Numbered from the stretch's first letter, positions 1 through 10,825 are shown. The stretch is 64,000 nt of DNA from Patescibacteria group bacterium (GCA_041651155.1 JBAZJU010000001.1:91932-155931), one strand, 5' to 3'. Made by a program: numbers and translations. Notes: a model not told the origin generated them from the sequence alone.

Positions 1-47
1 ATGCCGTCTCTATCTTTTGCGCCATTGAGGAATTAGGGAAATTAAGA

Positions 48-335
48 TTGATCTCAAAGGAGCTTCAGCAAAAATTAATTAAGGCGGCAATAAGGTATCG
101 TGAAAGTAACAAGGGACGAAAAAGGTTTGATTACATTGATTTGCAATCAACCATAAGAGTAACGACATTAGCTTATAGCAGCGCAATCTCCAGGCAGAAC
201 CCTTATAAGATTGAAATGCAGGCTATTTCAAAATGCCCGGATGCCGGAGTGTTGGCCGAAATTTTTTTTGAGGAAAAGCCCGAAAGTGAAGATTGGAAAA
301 TTTCTATCAGAAGTTGCAGCCAATGGAACGATTAA
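48..335 (+). CDS. hypothetical protein
   Basis: 95-aa ORF with TTG start and purine-rich upstream; no family recognised; followed by a hairpin and T-tract (~378-470). Confidence 0.45.
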   Translation: MISKELQQKLIKAAIRYRESNKGRKRFDYIDLQSTIRVTTLAYSSAISRQNPYKIEMQAISKCPDAGVLAEIFFEEKPESEDWKISIRSCSQWND

Positions 336-564
336 TATCGTTCCTTTTTAATTATGCGAATTTCTGGATTAATGGCAGATGCCCACTTCCTTTGTTAAAA
401 ATAATGCGAATAAACTACGAATATTTCTAGACAAAAAATTGTTTAGAAATGGGCAATCTTTTTATTTTTATGGTATAATTATGGCAGTTGAAAGTTAGAA
501 AGTTTATAAAGTTGAAAGATATACTTTATGAACTTTCTACTTTTTAACTTTTAACTAAAATTCT

Positions 565-906
565 ATGACATTGCCAAATGTTAATGACCCTCAGGTCAAA
601 AAAGACATTGAGGAAAACAAATTAATTGCAGCTATCGGTTACATCGGGATTTTGTGTTTAATCCCGTTGCTTCTAAAGCCAAAATCTCAGTTTGCTAAAT
701 TTCACGGTAAGCAGGGTTTAATTTTAGTTATCGGAGAATTGATTAATATGATCATAGGAATTGTCCCAGTGATTGGCTGGTTTTTGGCCATGATCGGAGG
801 CATTGCTTTAATTATTTTAAGCATCTTGGGAATTTTAAAATCGCTTAACGGTGAATATTGGGAAATGCCGTATTTGGGAGAATATGCGAAGAAGATTAAT
901 ATTTGA
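565..906 (+). CDS. DUF4870-like small membrane protein
   Basis: ENKLIAAIGYIGILCLIP...FAKFHGKQG...IVPVIGW pattern, 3 TM segments. Confidence 0.8.
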   Translation: MTLPNVNDPQVKKDIEENKLIAAIGYIGILCLIPLLLKPKSQFAKFHGKQGLILVIGELINMIIGIVPVIGWFLAMIGGIALIILSILGILKSLNGEYWEMPYLGEYAKKINI

Positions 907-954
907 CGGATTAACACGAATTTAAGACGAATTTAAAATAAAAATAAAAAAAAT

Positions 955-1365
955 ATGGAATTGCTCTATAAAGATTTAAGCTACAGAGTTGTTGGCCTAT
1001 GTATAGAAATTTATAACACTTACGGCTCTTATCATAAAGAAATAGTTTACCATCGCTTGATAAAAGAGAAATTAGATTTAAATGGTATTGATAATATTTC
1101 TGAACCAAAAATTGACTTATATTCACAAGATTCTGGTAAGATTCCTGGTTGTTATGTGCCAGATTTTTTGATTGATAATAAAATTATATTAGAAATAAAA
1201 GCAACTAGAGTAAATTGTTTTAGAGATGAAGAGCAATTAATCCATTATTTAAAAGTTAGCAATTATGAGTTGGGGTATTTAATAAATTTTGGTTTAAGAA
1301 GTTTATATTTTAAAAGGTTAATATATACTAATGATAAAAAGAAAATCCATACAAAAATTCGTTAA
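955..1365 (+). CDS. GxxExxY protein (PD-(D/E)XK nuclease-like)
   Basis: GSYHKEIVY motif, PDFLIDNKIILEIKA, QLIHYL...GYLINFG. Confidence 0.9.
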   Translation: MELLYKDLSYRVVGLCIEIYNTYGSYHKEIVYHRLIKEKLDLNGIDNISEPKIDLYSQDSGKIPGCYVPDFLIDNKIILEIKATRVNCFRDEEQLIHYLKVSNYELGYLINFGLRSLYFKRLIYTNDKKKIHTKIR

Positions 1366-1397
1366 ATTTGTTTTAATTAGCGTTAATTAGTATAGCA

Positions 1398-2855
1398 ATG
1401 AAGCGTACAAAAATCGTTTGCACCATCGGCCCCAGTTCCAATAGTGAAAAGGTTTTAACCCAGTTAATAAAGGCCGGCATGAATGTCGCCAGGCTTAATT
1501 TTTCCCATGGAACATATCCGGAACATTCAAGAATTATTAAGTTAATCCGTAAGTTGAGTAAAAAATTTGATCAGCCAATTACCATACTCCAAGACCTCCA
1601 AGGACCAAGGATTCGCGTTGGATTTATTCCTGGCAAAGGTATTTTTTTAAAAACTGGCAAAAAAATTATTTTAACCACTGATTTGCAGGCTAAAACTATT
1701 TTGCCAGGGGAGCGTGTGCCTTCAAAAATTCCAGTCACTTATGACAAATTGCATTTGGATGTGAAAAAAGGCGAGCCAATTCTCCTGGCTGACGGAGTTG
1801 TAAAGTTGAAGGTTGTAAAGTTGAGCGGTAAGGATATTGAATGCTTAATTTTAAATGATGGGTTTATCAGCTCGCAAAAAGGAATTAATTTGCCTGAAAC
1901 AAGACTTTCCATTCCGACAATTACAACTAAGGATAAAAAGGATTTAGAGTTTGGCATTAAAAATAATGTTGACATGGTGGCCTTGTCTTTTGTGCGTACT
2001 GCCAAAGATGTTCAGGATTTGAAAAATATTATCCGCAAATTGGAAATTAAATTCCAGGGCAAAAAATCTCTGCCTACCCAGATCATTGTGAAAGTTGAAA
2101 AAAGGGAAGCAGTGAAAAATTTTAATCAGATTTTAAAAATTACTGATGGCGTGATGGTGGCGCGCGGTGATTTGGGAATTGAAATGCCAGAAGAAGATGT
2201 GCCTTTGGCGCAAAAAATGATGATTGAAAAATGTTTGAATGCTGCCAAGCCGGTCATTGTGGCTACGCAAATGTTGGAATCAATGATTCTAAATCCGCGG
2301 CCCACGCGGGCTGAAGTTTCAGATGTGGCTAATGCGGTGATTGATCACACTGATGCGGTTATGCTTTCTGGCGAAACAGCCGAAGGTAAGTATCCTATTG
2401 AATCTGTAAAGACTATGGCCATAATTTCCGAACGCACTGAAAAATCAAAATATGATGATTTCCAATTCCGTTTTATGTTCAAAGATAAGTTCCATACTGA
2501 TGATGCCATTTCCTCCAGCGCCAATTCTTTAGCTCGTAATTTAAAAGCCAAGGCAATTTTGGTCGCTTCGTTAACAGGTTATACGGGCCGCATTGTTTCA
2601 CGCTATCGTCCGGAACTGCCGATTTTAGTCACCACCAATAATGAAAAAGTCAGGCACCAATTAAATTTAAGCTGGGGAGTTGTGCCTTTTGTTTTGCCTA
2701 AATGCCAGACGATTGAAGATTTGATAGCCAAGGCTTTGATTTATATAAAAAATAAAAAATTCGTTAAAAGGGGTGATAAAATCATTATTATTGCCGGGTT
2801 TCCGCTTGGTAAAAGCGGGAATGTGAATTGGATAAAAATACAGGAAATTAAGTAA
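1398..2855 (+). CDS. pyk: pyruvate kinase
   Basis: RTKIVCTIGP, ARLNFSHG, MVARGDLG, ATQMLESM, DAVMLSGETA motifs. Confidence 0.98.
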   Translation: MKRTKIVCTIGPSSNSEKVLTQLIKAGMNVARLNFSHGTYPEHSRIIKLIRKLSKKFDQPITILQDLQGPRIRVGFIPGKGIFLKTGKKIILTTDLQAKTILPGERVPSKIPVTYDKLHLDVKKGEPILLADGVVKLKVVKLSGKDIECLILNDGFISSQKGINLPETRLSIPTITTKDKKDLEFGIKNNVDMVALSFVRTAKDVQDLKNIIRKLEIKFQGKKSLPTQIIVKVEKREAVKNFNQILKITDGVMVARGDLGIEMPEEDVPLAQKMMIEKCLNAAKPVIVATQMLESMILNPRPTRAEVSDVANAVIDHTDAVMLSGETAEGKYPIESVKTMAIISERTEKSKYDDFQFRFMFKDKFHTDDAISSSANSLARNLKAKAILVASLTGYTGRIVSRYRPELPILVTTNNEKVRHQLNLSWGVVPFVLPKCQTIEDLIAKALIYIKNKKFVKRGDKIIIIAGFPLGKSGNVNWIKIQEIK

Positions 2856-2956
2856 TTGGTAATTAGTAAATGGTAATTGGTAAATTGTAAAATTCATTTG
2901 TTAGTAATTAGTAATTTGTAGTTGGTAAACAGTAAATTGAATAATTATTTATAAAT

Positions 2957-3337
2957 ATGAAAATTACAAAGGTTGAGGATTTAAATGTTTGGCAGGAAGC
3001 AAGATTGTTTTGTAATGATATTTACGATTTGATTAAAAATTTTCCAGCCGACGAAAAATATAATATAGTTAGGCATTTAAGAGAAAATGCTCGTGGCATT
3101 CCGGCAAATATTGCTGAAGGATTTTATAGATATCATTATCAGGATAGTATAAGGTTTTATTTAATCGCCAGAGGTTGTATTGGTGAAATGAAGAGCGATT
3201 TATATATTAGTTTGGATAGGGGATATATTACTAAAGAAAAATTTGAAGATTTAAATAATAAAATTGAAAAAATTTTAATAATGTTAAATGGGATGATTAA
3301 ATCCACCAAAAATCAAATAAAAAACACCAATAACTAG
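2957..3337 (+). CDS. four helix bundle protein (23S rRNA-IVP family)
   Basis: EDLNVWQ...FPADEKY...IPANIAEG...IARG pattern. Confidence 0.92.
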   Translation: MKITKVEDLNVWQEARLFCNDIYDLIKNFPADEKYNIVRHLRENARGIPANIAEGFYRYHYQDSIRFYLIARGCIGEMKSDLYISLDRGYITKEKFEDLNNKIEKILIMLNGMIKSTKNQIKNTNN

Positions 3338-3581
3338 TTACTAATAACCATTTACCAATTACTTTCCCCCAATTTTAGCCCCAAACGGGTTTTTTTTATT
3401 TTCAAATCTTATCCACACCTAAAATAATTATTATATTGTATAAATTGTGATATAATAAGGTTAGAAAAATTCAAAAATGATTAATTTATATATTGCGAAA
3501 AGAAAGGGAGAATACTTAAAGCAAGATTGTTTTGGGTGTGTTTATATTTTAATTAAATATTCATAAAATAAACTTTAATAT

Positions 3582-6500
3582 ATGTATAAGCTCAAAGGAA
3601 ATATAAGCAAATTTTTAATAAGCAGTTTGCTTCTGGGAATAGCCTTAAGTCCGCCAGGGGTTTTGGCAGCCACAACTATTGGAGCTGATATTACTACAGG
3701 TGGCAATTTACAAGTAGATGGAGGGTTGCAGTTTACAAGCGGCGCGGCGAACAATTATATCCTAAGTTCAGATGCGACGGGAAACGCCACCTGGATTTCA
3801 GTTGATACTTCATTGGGTACTTCAAATACAGACAGTTTGCCCCAAGGCGCAACTAACCTTTATTACTCTGATGCTGCTGTAGATGCGCGGATCACTTTGC
3901 AAAAAGGAGCCTTAAACGGCTTGGCAGAACTTGATGCCGGCGGCAAGGTGCCTTCGGGGCAATTACCAGCTATTGTAATTACTAATGTTTATGTGGTGGC
4001 TGACATAACTGCCAGAGACGCTTTAGTTGTTCAGACAGGAGATGTGGCAGTTGTTTTAGATGCTGGAGGAGGCGCAGGTGATTCAAGAACTTATATTTAT
4101 GATGGTACTGTTTGGCAGGAATTATTAGACCCGACAAATATATATCTTAGCAAAGCAAATAATCTATCAGATTTGACCAATGTTGCCTTAGCGCAAACTA
4201 ATTTGGGTTTGGGTACAACTGATACGCCGACATTTTCCGGCTTGATTCTTTCTAATTATCTTGATTTTACGCCAGGAGCGCCTCCTGTTTATAGCGAAGG
4301 TAGAGTCTTTTATGACAGTACAGATAAAGCTTTAACTTATTATAACGAAGCCTCAGCTGTGTCAGTTAGCCTTGGCCAAGAGGCCATGACCAGGGTTTAT
4401 AACCAGACGGGCAGCCAAATAAATAATGGCCAGGCGGTTTACATTAACGGAGCAAATGGAGACGTGCCGACCGTTGCTCTGGCCAAAGCGGATAGCATTA
4501 TTACTTCCAATGTCGTTGGTATCACAACCATGAATATCCCTGATGGCAGTTATGGCTATATTACTTTTTTTGGCTTAATACATGGCTTAAATACTGCAAT
4601 ATATTCCAGCGGAGATGAACTTTTTCTCTCAGATACCGTAGCCGGCGGATTTACGGCCACACGTCCCAACCAACCGAATATTAGCGTTCCTCTTGGCTTC
4701 ATTGTTAAACCAGGCGCGGGAAATGGCATAGTTTTAGCAGAAATTAGTGCATATAAACACGGAGCGCTTGAAGTAGGTACGGTCGCTTTTGGCGCAGCAA
4801 ACGGCTTAATAATGGGTGATCCAAATAATTTATTCTGGGATAATGCCACCAAGCGTCTGGGTATTGGCACTAATATCCCTAATTATACTTTAGACGTAGC
4901 CGGTGATATTAAAGCTGGTGATGGTTCTCTGGTTTTACTTGGCTCTCAAACAAATCCTGATCCAGCTGGAATTAACGGCGCCATGTATTATAATACCTCA
5001 ACTGACAAATTCCGCTGTTTTGAAAATAGCGTTTGGAAAGATTGCGCTGATCCCAGCACTATGCATACGCTTCAGTCTGTCTATGACAATGGCGCAACCA
5101 TTACAACAGCCGGGGCTGTAGATATTGGCTTCACATTATCATCAGGTAATTTCACTGTTTCAGGCGCAGGCTCGGTTGACTTAACGCCGACAGCGGCTTC
5201 CAGTTTTACTTCTGGAGATGCTCTAACACTAACAGCTGGCGCTGCCTCTACCTGGGGAACATCTACTGGGAATTTAAACCTGCAGGTAGCCGGTGCTGGT
5301 GCGACAGCTAATGTGCAAATAGGCGCGGGAGTTGCTTCAGCTACGCCTGATTTGCTTGTTTTAGATCTTGGTAGCGCTGAACCAGCTGGCAGCGCAGGCA
5401 GCATTTATTATAACTCCGGTACAAATAAATTTCGTTGTTATGAAAATGGGGTCTGGGTTAATTGTATTTCAGCTTCAGGCAGCGCAGTCCTTTCCGGCAT
5501 TACTGCCGCAACAGCAGGAAATAGCATAAATAATGGCGATAATGCCCAGGTATGGAATTGGTCATTGACCTCTTTGAATAAGATTGGGTTAAAAATCAGT
5601 GAAAATAGTGCTTCAACCGCAACTGGTACTCCTGCACTGATGGAAGCAAAAACCTTAGCCACTTCTACGGCTACACCCTTGCGCGTAATTAACCAAGGAA
5701 CAGGGCCAAGTTTTATTGTTGAAAATGCAGACAGTGATGCTACTCCTACTTTATATATTGAACCTGCCGGTGCATTACCTATCGTTCACACAGGCCATGT
5801 GGCTATTGGCAGTAATTTTTTTGATCCAACTGCCCCTGAAAAATTAAAAGTAGATTCTGGAACTGAAGATTCTTTTAATATCATCAGCGCTGCCGGTGAT
5901 CTAAATAATTATTTGCAGATTAATGTTACAAATAGGAATGCTGGTAACGATGCTTCTTCTGATTTGGTTGCTACGGCAGATAATGGCGATGAAAGTAATT
6001 ATTATGTGGATTTAGGTATTAATTCATCTGGCTATAGTAATCCTGCTTATTCAATTGGCGGTCCAGATGACTCTTATCTTTTAGCTCAAGGCGGGTTGGG
6101 AGCTGGCGGGAACTTGTCAGTTGGGACAGCTACAACTGGCACAGTTATAAAATTCCATACAGGCGGTTCAACAGCGGCTGATGAAAAGATGAGGATTGAG
6201 GATAGCGGAAATGTGGGTATCGGCACGACTTCGTTAAATGCAAGATTAGATCTGTCGCCTGCTACAGCTGATGCTTTAAGAATTGAGCCGTATGGCGCAG
6301 TTGCCGGTAATACTGGCAATTTGGAATTAATGGAACTGGCAGCTAATGGTTCTAATTATGTGGGCTTTAAAGCGCCTGACAGTATTGCCGCAAATGTGGC
6401 CTGGACATTGCCAAACGCTGATGGCACACCGAGCCAGGTTTTATCAACCGATGGGTTGGGGACATTGTCATGGTCCAGCGGCGCAACCAATTATTGGCAA

Positions 6501-9500
6501 AGAGTAGGGACTACTTTATCGCCCGCAACTGCCGGTGATGATGTTACGACTACTGGAAATATTTCCACTACCGGTGTTGGAACAATTACTTCAGCTGGTC
6601 TATTAACCGGCAGTTTAGGCTCAACCATATCTGGCGCAGCAATTAGTTTAAATGATAATAGCAATTTTAATACCACTATAAATACAGGCACTTCAACCGG
6701 AACAGTAACAATAGGCAGCGCCAATGCCGGAGCAATTCAAATAATCAGCGGTGCAGGTTTAACTTTAACCGGAGGAGCTGCTTCAAATATTAACACTACA
6801 GCAAGCGATCTTAGCTTTCAGCCGGCTGGGATAGGCACAACAGCCAATGTGCAAATCGGTGTTGGTCAGCCAGGTTCGACTACTCCGGATCTTTTGGGGT
6901 TAGATGTCAAAAGTACGGCAGGAGATCCTGCTTCTGGCGCAGATGGCGCAATGTATTATAATGAAAATTCAAATAAATTCCGTTGCCATGTAAACGGAGT
7001 ATGGGCTGATTGTGATACCACCGGTGGCACGGTTACTTTACAATCCGCTTACAATAGTGGCGCTACAATTACCACTGCAGGTGCAGTTGATCTGGCCTTT
7101 ACCTTAACCTCTGGCAATTTTACTGCTGCCGGGGCTGGTTCGGTCAATTTAACGCCCACGGGTGCTTCCAGTTTTACTTCTGGCGGAGCCTTAACCTTGA
7201 CTGGCGGCGCTGCTTCAACCTGGTCAACCAGCTCTGGAGCTTTGACTTTGACTTCAGCAATAGCCGCTACTTGGGGAACCACAGCCGGAGATTTACAATT
7301 ACAAGTAGCTGGCAGCGGTACAACAGCTAATATAAAAGTCGGCGCTGGTGGCGCTGGTTCAGCAACACCTGACTTATTTGCCCTGGACGTGAAATCAAGC
7401 GCAGGTGATCCGGCTGGCTATAATGGCGCCATGTATTATAATCAATCGTCTAATGTTTTCCGTTGTTATGAAGCAGGCGGCTGGAAAGATTGCGGCGCAA
7501 CAGGAACAGGAGCCGCGACTTTGCAACAGTCATATAATGCCGGGTCAACAATTACTACGGCAGGCGCAGTTGATCTGGCTCTAACTTTAACATCAGGCAA
7601 TTTCACTGCCACGGGCGCTGGTTCAGTTAATTTAACCCCAACGGGCGCCTCAAGCTTTACTTCCGGCGGAGCCTTAACTTTGACTGGCGGCGCAGCTTCT
7701 ACCTGGGGCACCTCAGCTGGCAATTTAGCTTTGCAGGTCGCAGGAACCGGGACAACTGCCAACGTACAAATAGGCGCTGGCGGTGCTGGTTCAACTACCC
7801 CTGATCTTTTGGCAATTGATGTAAAATCAGACGCTGGTGATCCCGCAGGATTTAACGGGGCTATCTATTACAATGCCAATGGTAACCGATTTCGTTGTTA
7901 TGAAAATGGAGCCTGGAAAGATTGCGATGCAGGCGTGGTGGCTTCTTTGCAGACAGCATATAATAACGGAGGAACTATAATAACAAATGGCAGCCCAATT
8001 GCTTTTACTTTGACTTCTGGTGATTTCACTGCTACAGGCGCAGGCGCAGTAAATTTAACTCCGACCAGCGCTTCCAGTTTTACTTCAGGAGGCGCTTTAG
8101 CATTGACCGGTGGCGCTGCCTCAACCTGGGGTACAAGCGCGGGAAATTTATCTTTGCAGTCAGCTGGCACTGGCACATCTGCTAATATTCAGATCGGCGC
8201 AGGCGGAGCAGGTTCAACTACGCCTGACAGCTTGGTGCTAGATATTAAGTCAGATGCCGGCGACCCGGCAGGCACAAACGGAGCCATGTATTATAATGCT
8301 AATACAAATAAATTTAGATGTTATGTAAATGGCGCTTGGCTTGACTGCGATATGAGATCAATCGGCACTGCCAAAGGAGACTTAATAGCTTATACGGCAA
8401 GCAATACTCCTGTTAGATTGCCAGTCGGCGGAACAAATGGTTTTATGTTAATGGTTGATTCAACCCAGGCAACAGGTATGAGATGGGGCGCTAATTTACC
8501 GACAGCTAATTCCATTGATTTTACTGAATTGAAAGACGCTATGACTGTTGATGCCAATACTTCAATAAATTTAGCCGGCAAAAATTTAACAATAAACGAT
8601 CTTACTGGCGGCGGCGCATTAAGCATGTCCACTAATGCTGCTGCTTTGACTTTAACTGCCGGTGCGGCTTCAACCTGGTCAACCACAGCCGGCGCATTAA
8701 CAATAAATTCAGGGACAACAACTCCTGCTGCTTTGAATTTAGGCAGTGCGGGAACAAATGCAGTAGCAATAGGCAATGCGGGCAGTACTTTTGCCCTGAC
8801 TTCCAGCGGCGGTTTAAATGTCTCAACTGGCGGCGCTTTAACAGGGGTGGCTTCACTTGATACGATTAGTACTTCAGCTACAGCATTAACTTTTGCAGGC
8901 GCTGGTTCTGTTTCACCAGGTGGCGCAAACAATTTAACGCTGGGTTCTACCAATACCACCTCAACTACAAACATCCAATCAGGAACAGGCAATATAAATT
9001 TAATGCCCGCAACTGCCGGCACAACCGCCAATGTACAAATTGGCGGGGGCGGGGCAGGTTCCGCCACCCCAGATCTTTTAGCTCTGGATGTAAAATCTAC
9101 CGCAGGTGACCCGGCCGGATTTAATGGAGCCATGTATTACAATGCCAGCGCAAACAAATTTAAATGTTATGAAAATAGCGCCTGGAAAGACTGTGATACT
9201 GCTGGGACGCAAACATTGCAAGCGGCCTATAATGGTGGTGCCACGATTACCACTTCAGGCGGCAGTGCTATTACCTTTACTACGCCAATAGGCTCAAATA
9301 ATGCAGGCTTAGTTATAAATCAAAATAATTCAACTAATAATCCTGTTGCCTTACAGATAACTAATGCCGGCACGGGCAATGATATTACCGCGACTAATTG
9401 GTCTGTGACTAAAGCAGGTAATCTTTCTACCAGCGGGAATATTACTACAACCGGTTCTGGCATAATTACTTCAGCGTCAACCTTGACTGCGTCAAATGGC

Positions 9501-10733
9501 TTTACCATGACAACAGGAGCCTTAGGTTTGACAGCGACATCTGGTTCAATCGGGTTGAGCGGTCTTACTACCACTTCAATTGTAAATACGGGCGCATTGA
9601 CTTTAACCGGCGGAGCCGCTTCAACTTTATCAACAACGGCAGGCAATTTAACCCTGCAGGCGGGTTCAGGCACAGTCAGTTTAGGAACTTCTACAAATTT
9701 AACAGCTGGAGGAGCGCTGACCATTGATTCAAATACCACTAGCGCACTTAATCTGGGGACTGGCGCAAATGCCAAGACAATCACGATGGGCAATAATACA
9801 GGCGCGACAAGTTTAGCTCTCAAGGCTGGAACAGGCAGCATATTAATGTCTGGACAGGCAACAGGCACATCCGCAACATTCATGGGCGTGCCGGTTAAAA
9901 CAGACGCTGGTGATCCTACGACAACTCAAATAAACGGCGCAATGTATTATAATTCAAATTCCAACAAATTCCGCTGTTTTGAAAACAGCGTCTGGAAAGA
10001 TTGCGATACGTCAGGAACGACGACTTTACAGCAAGCGTATAACGCGGGCGCAACTATTACTACCGCAGGCGCAACTGATTTGGCTTTAACCCTGGCCTCT
10101 GGCAATTTTACGGCAAGTGGAGCCGGATCTGTTAATTTAACGCCGACAGGTGCCTCAAGCTTTACTTCAGGCGGCGCTTTAACACTGACTGGCGGAGCTG
10201 CTTCTACCTGGTCAACTAGCGCTGGCAATTTAACTTTGCAAGCAGGTTCTGGCACTGTGAGTTTAGGAACTTCTACAAATTTAACAGCTGGAGGAGCACT
10301 GACTATTGATTCAAACACGACTAGCGCTCTCAATTTCGGCACGGGCGCTAATGCCAAGACAATCACTATCGGTAATTCAACTACTACAACAGCTTTAATA
10401 TTAGATGCAGGCACGGGTGGTGTTAAAATTGGCGATAGTACTGCCACGGCAATAACTAATCATTATTCAGCAACAGCTGCCTTAGATTTTGGTTCAATTG
10501 ATGGAGTTTGCACTTCACTAACGATTACAGTGACGGGCGCAGCAGCCGGAGATACAGCGATTGCAACTCCGACACCTGTTGCAGGCGGGATTGAAACTGG
10601 CACTGATTCAGTTTGGAATACCTATGTTTCAGCGGCTAATACTGTTACTGTTCGAGCCTGTGACACAAATCCCGCAGGTGGCGGCTTTAATGCTGCTTCT
10701 CAAACTTGGCGCGTAGATGTCTGGAAACATTAA
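3582..10733 (+). CDS. giant secreted Gly/Thr/Ala-rich repetitive surface fibre/adhesin with phage tail-fibre-like motifs
   Basis: N-terminal signal peptide; 8 copies of GAMYYN..xFRCxxxxxWxxC; ~140-aa internal repeats; function inferred. Confidence 0.75.
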   Translation: MYKLKGNISKFLISSLLLGIALSPPGVLAATTIGADITTGGNLQVDGGLQFTSGAANNYILSSDATGNATWISVDTSLGTSNTDSLPQGATNLYYSDAAVDARITLQKGALNGLAELDAGGKVPSGQLPAIVITNVYVVADITARDALVVQTGDVAVVLDAGGGAGDSRTYIYDGTVWQELLDPTNIYLSKANNLSDLTNVALAQTNLGLGTTDTPTFSGLILSNYLDFTPGAPPVYSEGRVFYDSTDKALTYYNEASAVSVSLGQEAMTRVYNQTGSQINNGQAVYINGANGDVPTVALAKADSIITSNVVGITTMNIPDGSYGYITFFGLIHGLNTAIYSSGDELFLSDTVAGGFTATRPNQPNISVPLGFIVKPGAGNGIVLAEISAYKHGALEVGTVAFGAANGLIMGDPNNLFWDNATKRLGIGTNIPNYTLDVAGDIKAGDGSLVLLGSQTNPDPAGINGAMYYNTSTDKFRCFENSVWKDCADPSTMHTLQSVYDNGATITTAGAVDIGFTLSSGNFTVSGAGSVDLTPTAASSFTSGDALTLTAGAASTWGTSTGNLNLQVAGAGATANVQIGAGVASATPDLLVLDLGSAEPAGSAGSIYYNSGTNKFRCYENGVWVNCISASGSAVLSGITAATAGNSINNGDNAQVWNWSLTSLNKIGLKISENSASTATGTPALMEAKTLATSTATPLRVINQGTGPSFIVENADSDATPTLYIEPAGALPIVHTGHVAIGSNFFDPTAPEKLKVDSGTEDSFNIISAAGDLNNYLQINVTNRNAGNDASSDLVATADNGDESNYYVDLGINSSGYSNPAYSIGGPDDSYLLAQGGLGAGGNLSVGTATTGTVIKFHTGGSTAADEKMRIEDSGNVGIGTTSLNARLDLSPATADALRIEPYGAVAGNTGNLELMELAANGSNYVGFKAPDSIAANVAWTLPNADGTPSQVLSTDGLGTLSWSSGATNYWQRVGTTLSPATAGDDVTTTGNISTTGVGTITSAGLLTGSLGSTISGAAISLNDNSNFNTTINTGTSTGTVTIGSANAGAIQIISGAGLTLTGGAASNINTTASDLSFQPAGIGTTANVQIGVGQPGSTTPDLLGLDVKSTAGDPASGADGAMYYNENSNKFRCHVNGVWADCDTTGGTVTLQSAYNSGATITTAGAVDLAFTLTSGNFTAAGAGSVNLTPTGASSFTSGGALTLTGGAASTWSTSSGALTLTSAIAATWGTTAGDLQLQVAGSGTTANIKVGAGGAGSATPDLFALDVKSSAGDPAGYNGAMYYNQSSNVFRCYEAGGWKDCGATGTGAATLQQSYNAGSTITTAGAVDLALTLTSGNFTATGAGSVNLTPTGASSFTSGGALTLTGGAASTWGTSAGNLALQVAGTGTTANVQIGAGGAGSTTPDLLAIDVKSDAGDPAGFNGAIYYNANGNRFRCYENGAWKDCDAGVVASLQTAYNNGGTIITNGSPIAFTLTSGDFTATGAGAVNLTPTSASSFTSGGALALTGGAASTWGTSAGNLSLQSAGTGTSANIQIGAGGAGSTTPDSLVLDIKSDAGDPAGTNGAMYYNANTNKFRCYVNGAWLDCDMRSIGTAKGDLIAYTASNTPVRLPVGGTNGFMLMVDSTQATGMRWGANLPTANSIDFTELKDAMTVDANTSINLAGKNLTINDLTGGGALSMSTNAAALTLTAGAASTWSTTAGALTINSGTTTPAALNLGSAGTNAVAIGNAGSTFALTSSGGLNVSTGGALTGVASLDTISTSATALTFAGAGSVSPGGANNLTLGSTNTTSTTNIQSGTGNINLMPATAGTTANVQIGGGGAGSATPDLLALDVKSTAGDPAGFNGAMYYNASANKFKCYENSAWKDCDTAGTQTLQAAYNGGATITTSGGSAITFTTPIGSNNAGLVINQNNSTNNPVALQITNAGTGNDITATNWSVTKAGNLSTSGNITTTGSGIITSASTLTASNGFTMTTGALGLTATSGSIGLSGLTTTSIVNTGALTLTGGAASTLSTTAGNLTLQAGSGTVSLGTSTNLTAGGALTIDSNTTSALNLGTGANAKTITMGNNTGATSLALKAGTGSILMSGQATGTSATFMGVPVKTDAGDPTTTQINGAMYYNSNSNKFRCFENSVWKDCDTSGTTTLQQAYNAGATITTAGATDLALTLASGNFTASGAGSVNLTPTGASSFTSGGALTLTGGAASTWSTSAGNLTLQAGSGTVSLGTSTNLTAGGALTIDSNTTSALNFGTGANAKTITIGNSTTTTALILDAGTGGVKIGDSTATAITNHYSATAALDFGSIDGVCTSLTITVTGAAAGDTAIATPTPVAGGIETGTDSVWNTYVSAANTVTVRACDTNPAGGGFNAASQTWRVDVWKH

Positions 10734-10825
10734 TTAAAAATTAATGCCGCGAAGCGGCAGGCTGTCAGACTTGGACAAGGCCAGGTTTAGGCAGGATAAT
10801 TAAAAATTAAAAAATTAAAAACACT

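Noticed and set aside
2853-2950. Periodic tracts as a CRISPR array
   Set aside because: Degenerate 7-10-nt units with no constant repeat-spacer structure, and no cas genes
3409-3417. TTATCCACA DnaA box (and TTGTCCAC at 44281) as oriC
   Set aside because: Isolated boxes, with no cluster or dnaA/dnaN nearby
9640-10375. DGR template/variable repeat pair, suggested by Avd-like four-helix genes
   Set aside because: The repeat copies are both inside one ORF and differ mostly at synonymous sites, not adenine-specifically; no reverse transcriptase in the window
4556-10447. Many minus-strand ORFs opposite the large surface genes (also 47968-50778)
   Set aside because: Antisense shadows of GCN/ACN/GGN-rich coding sequence
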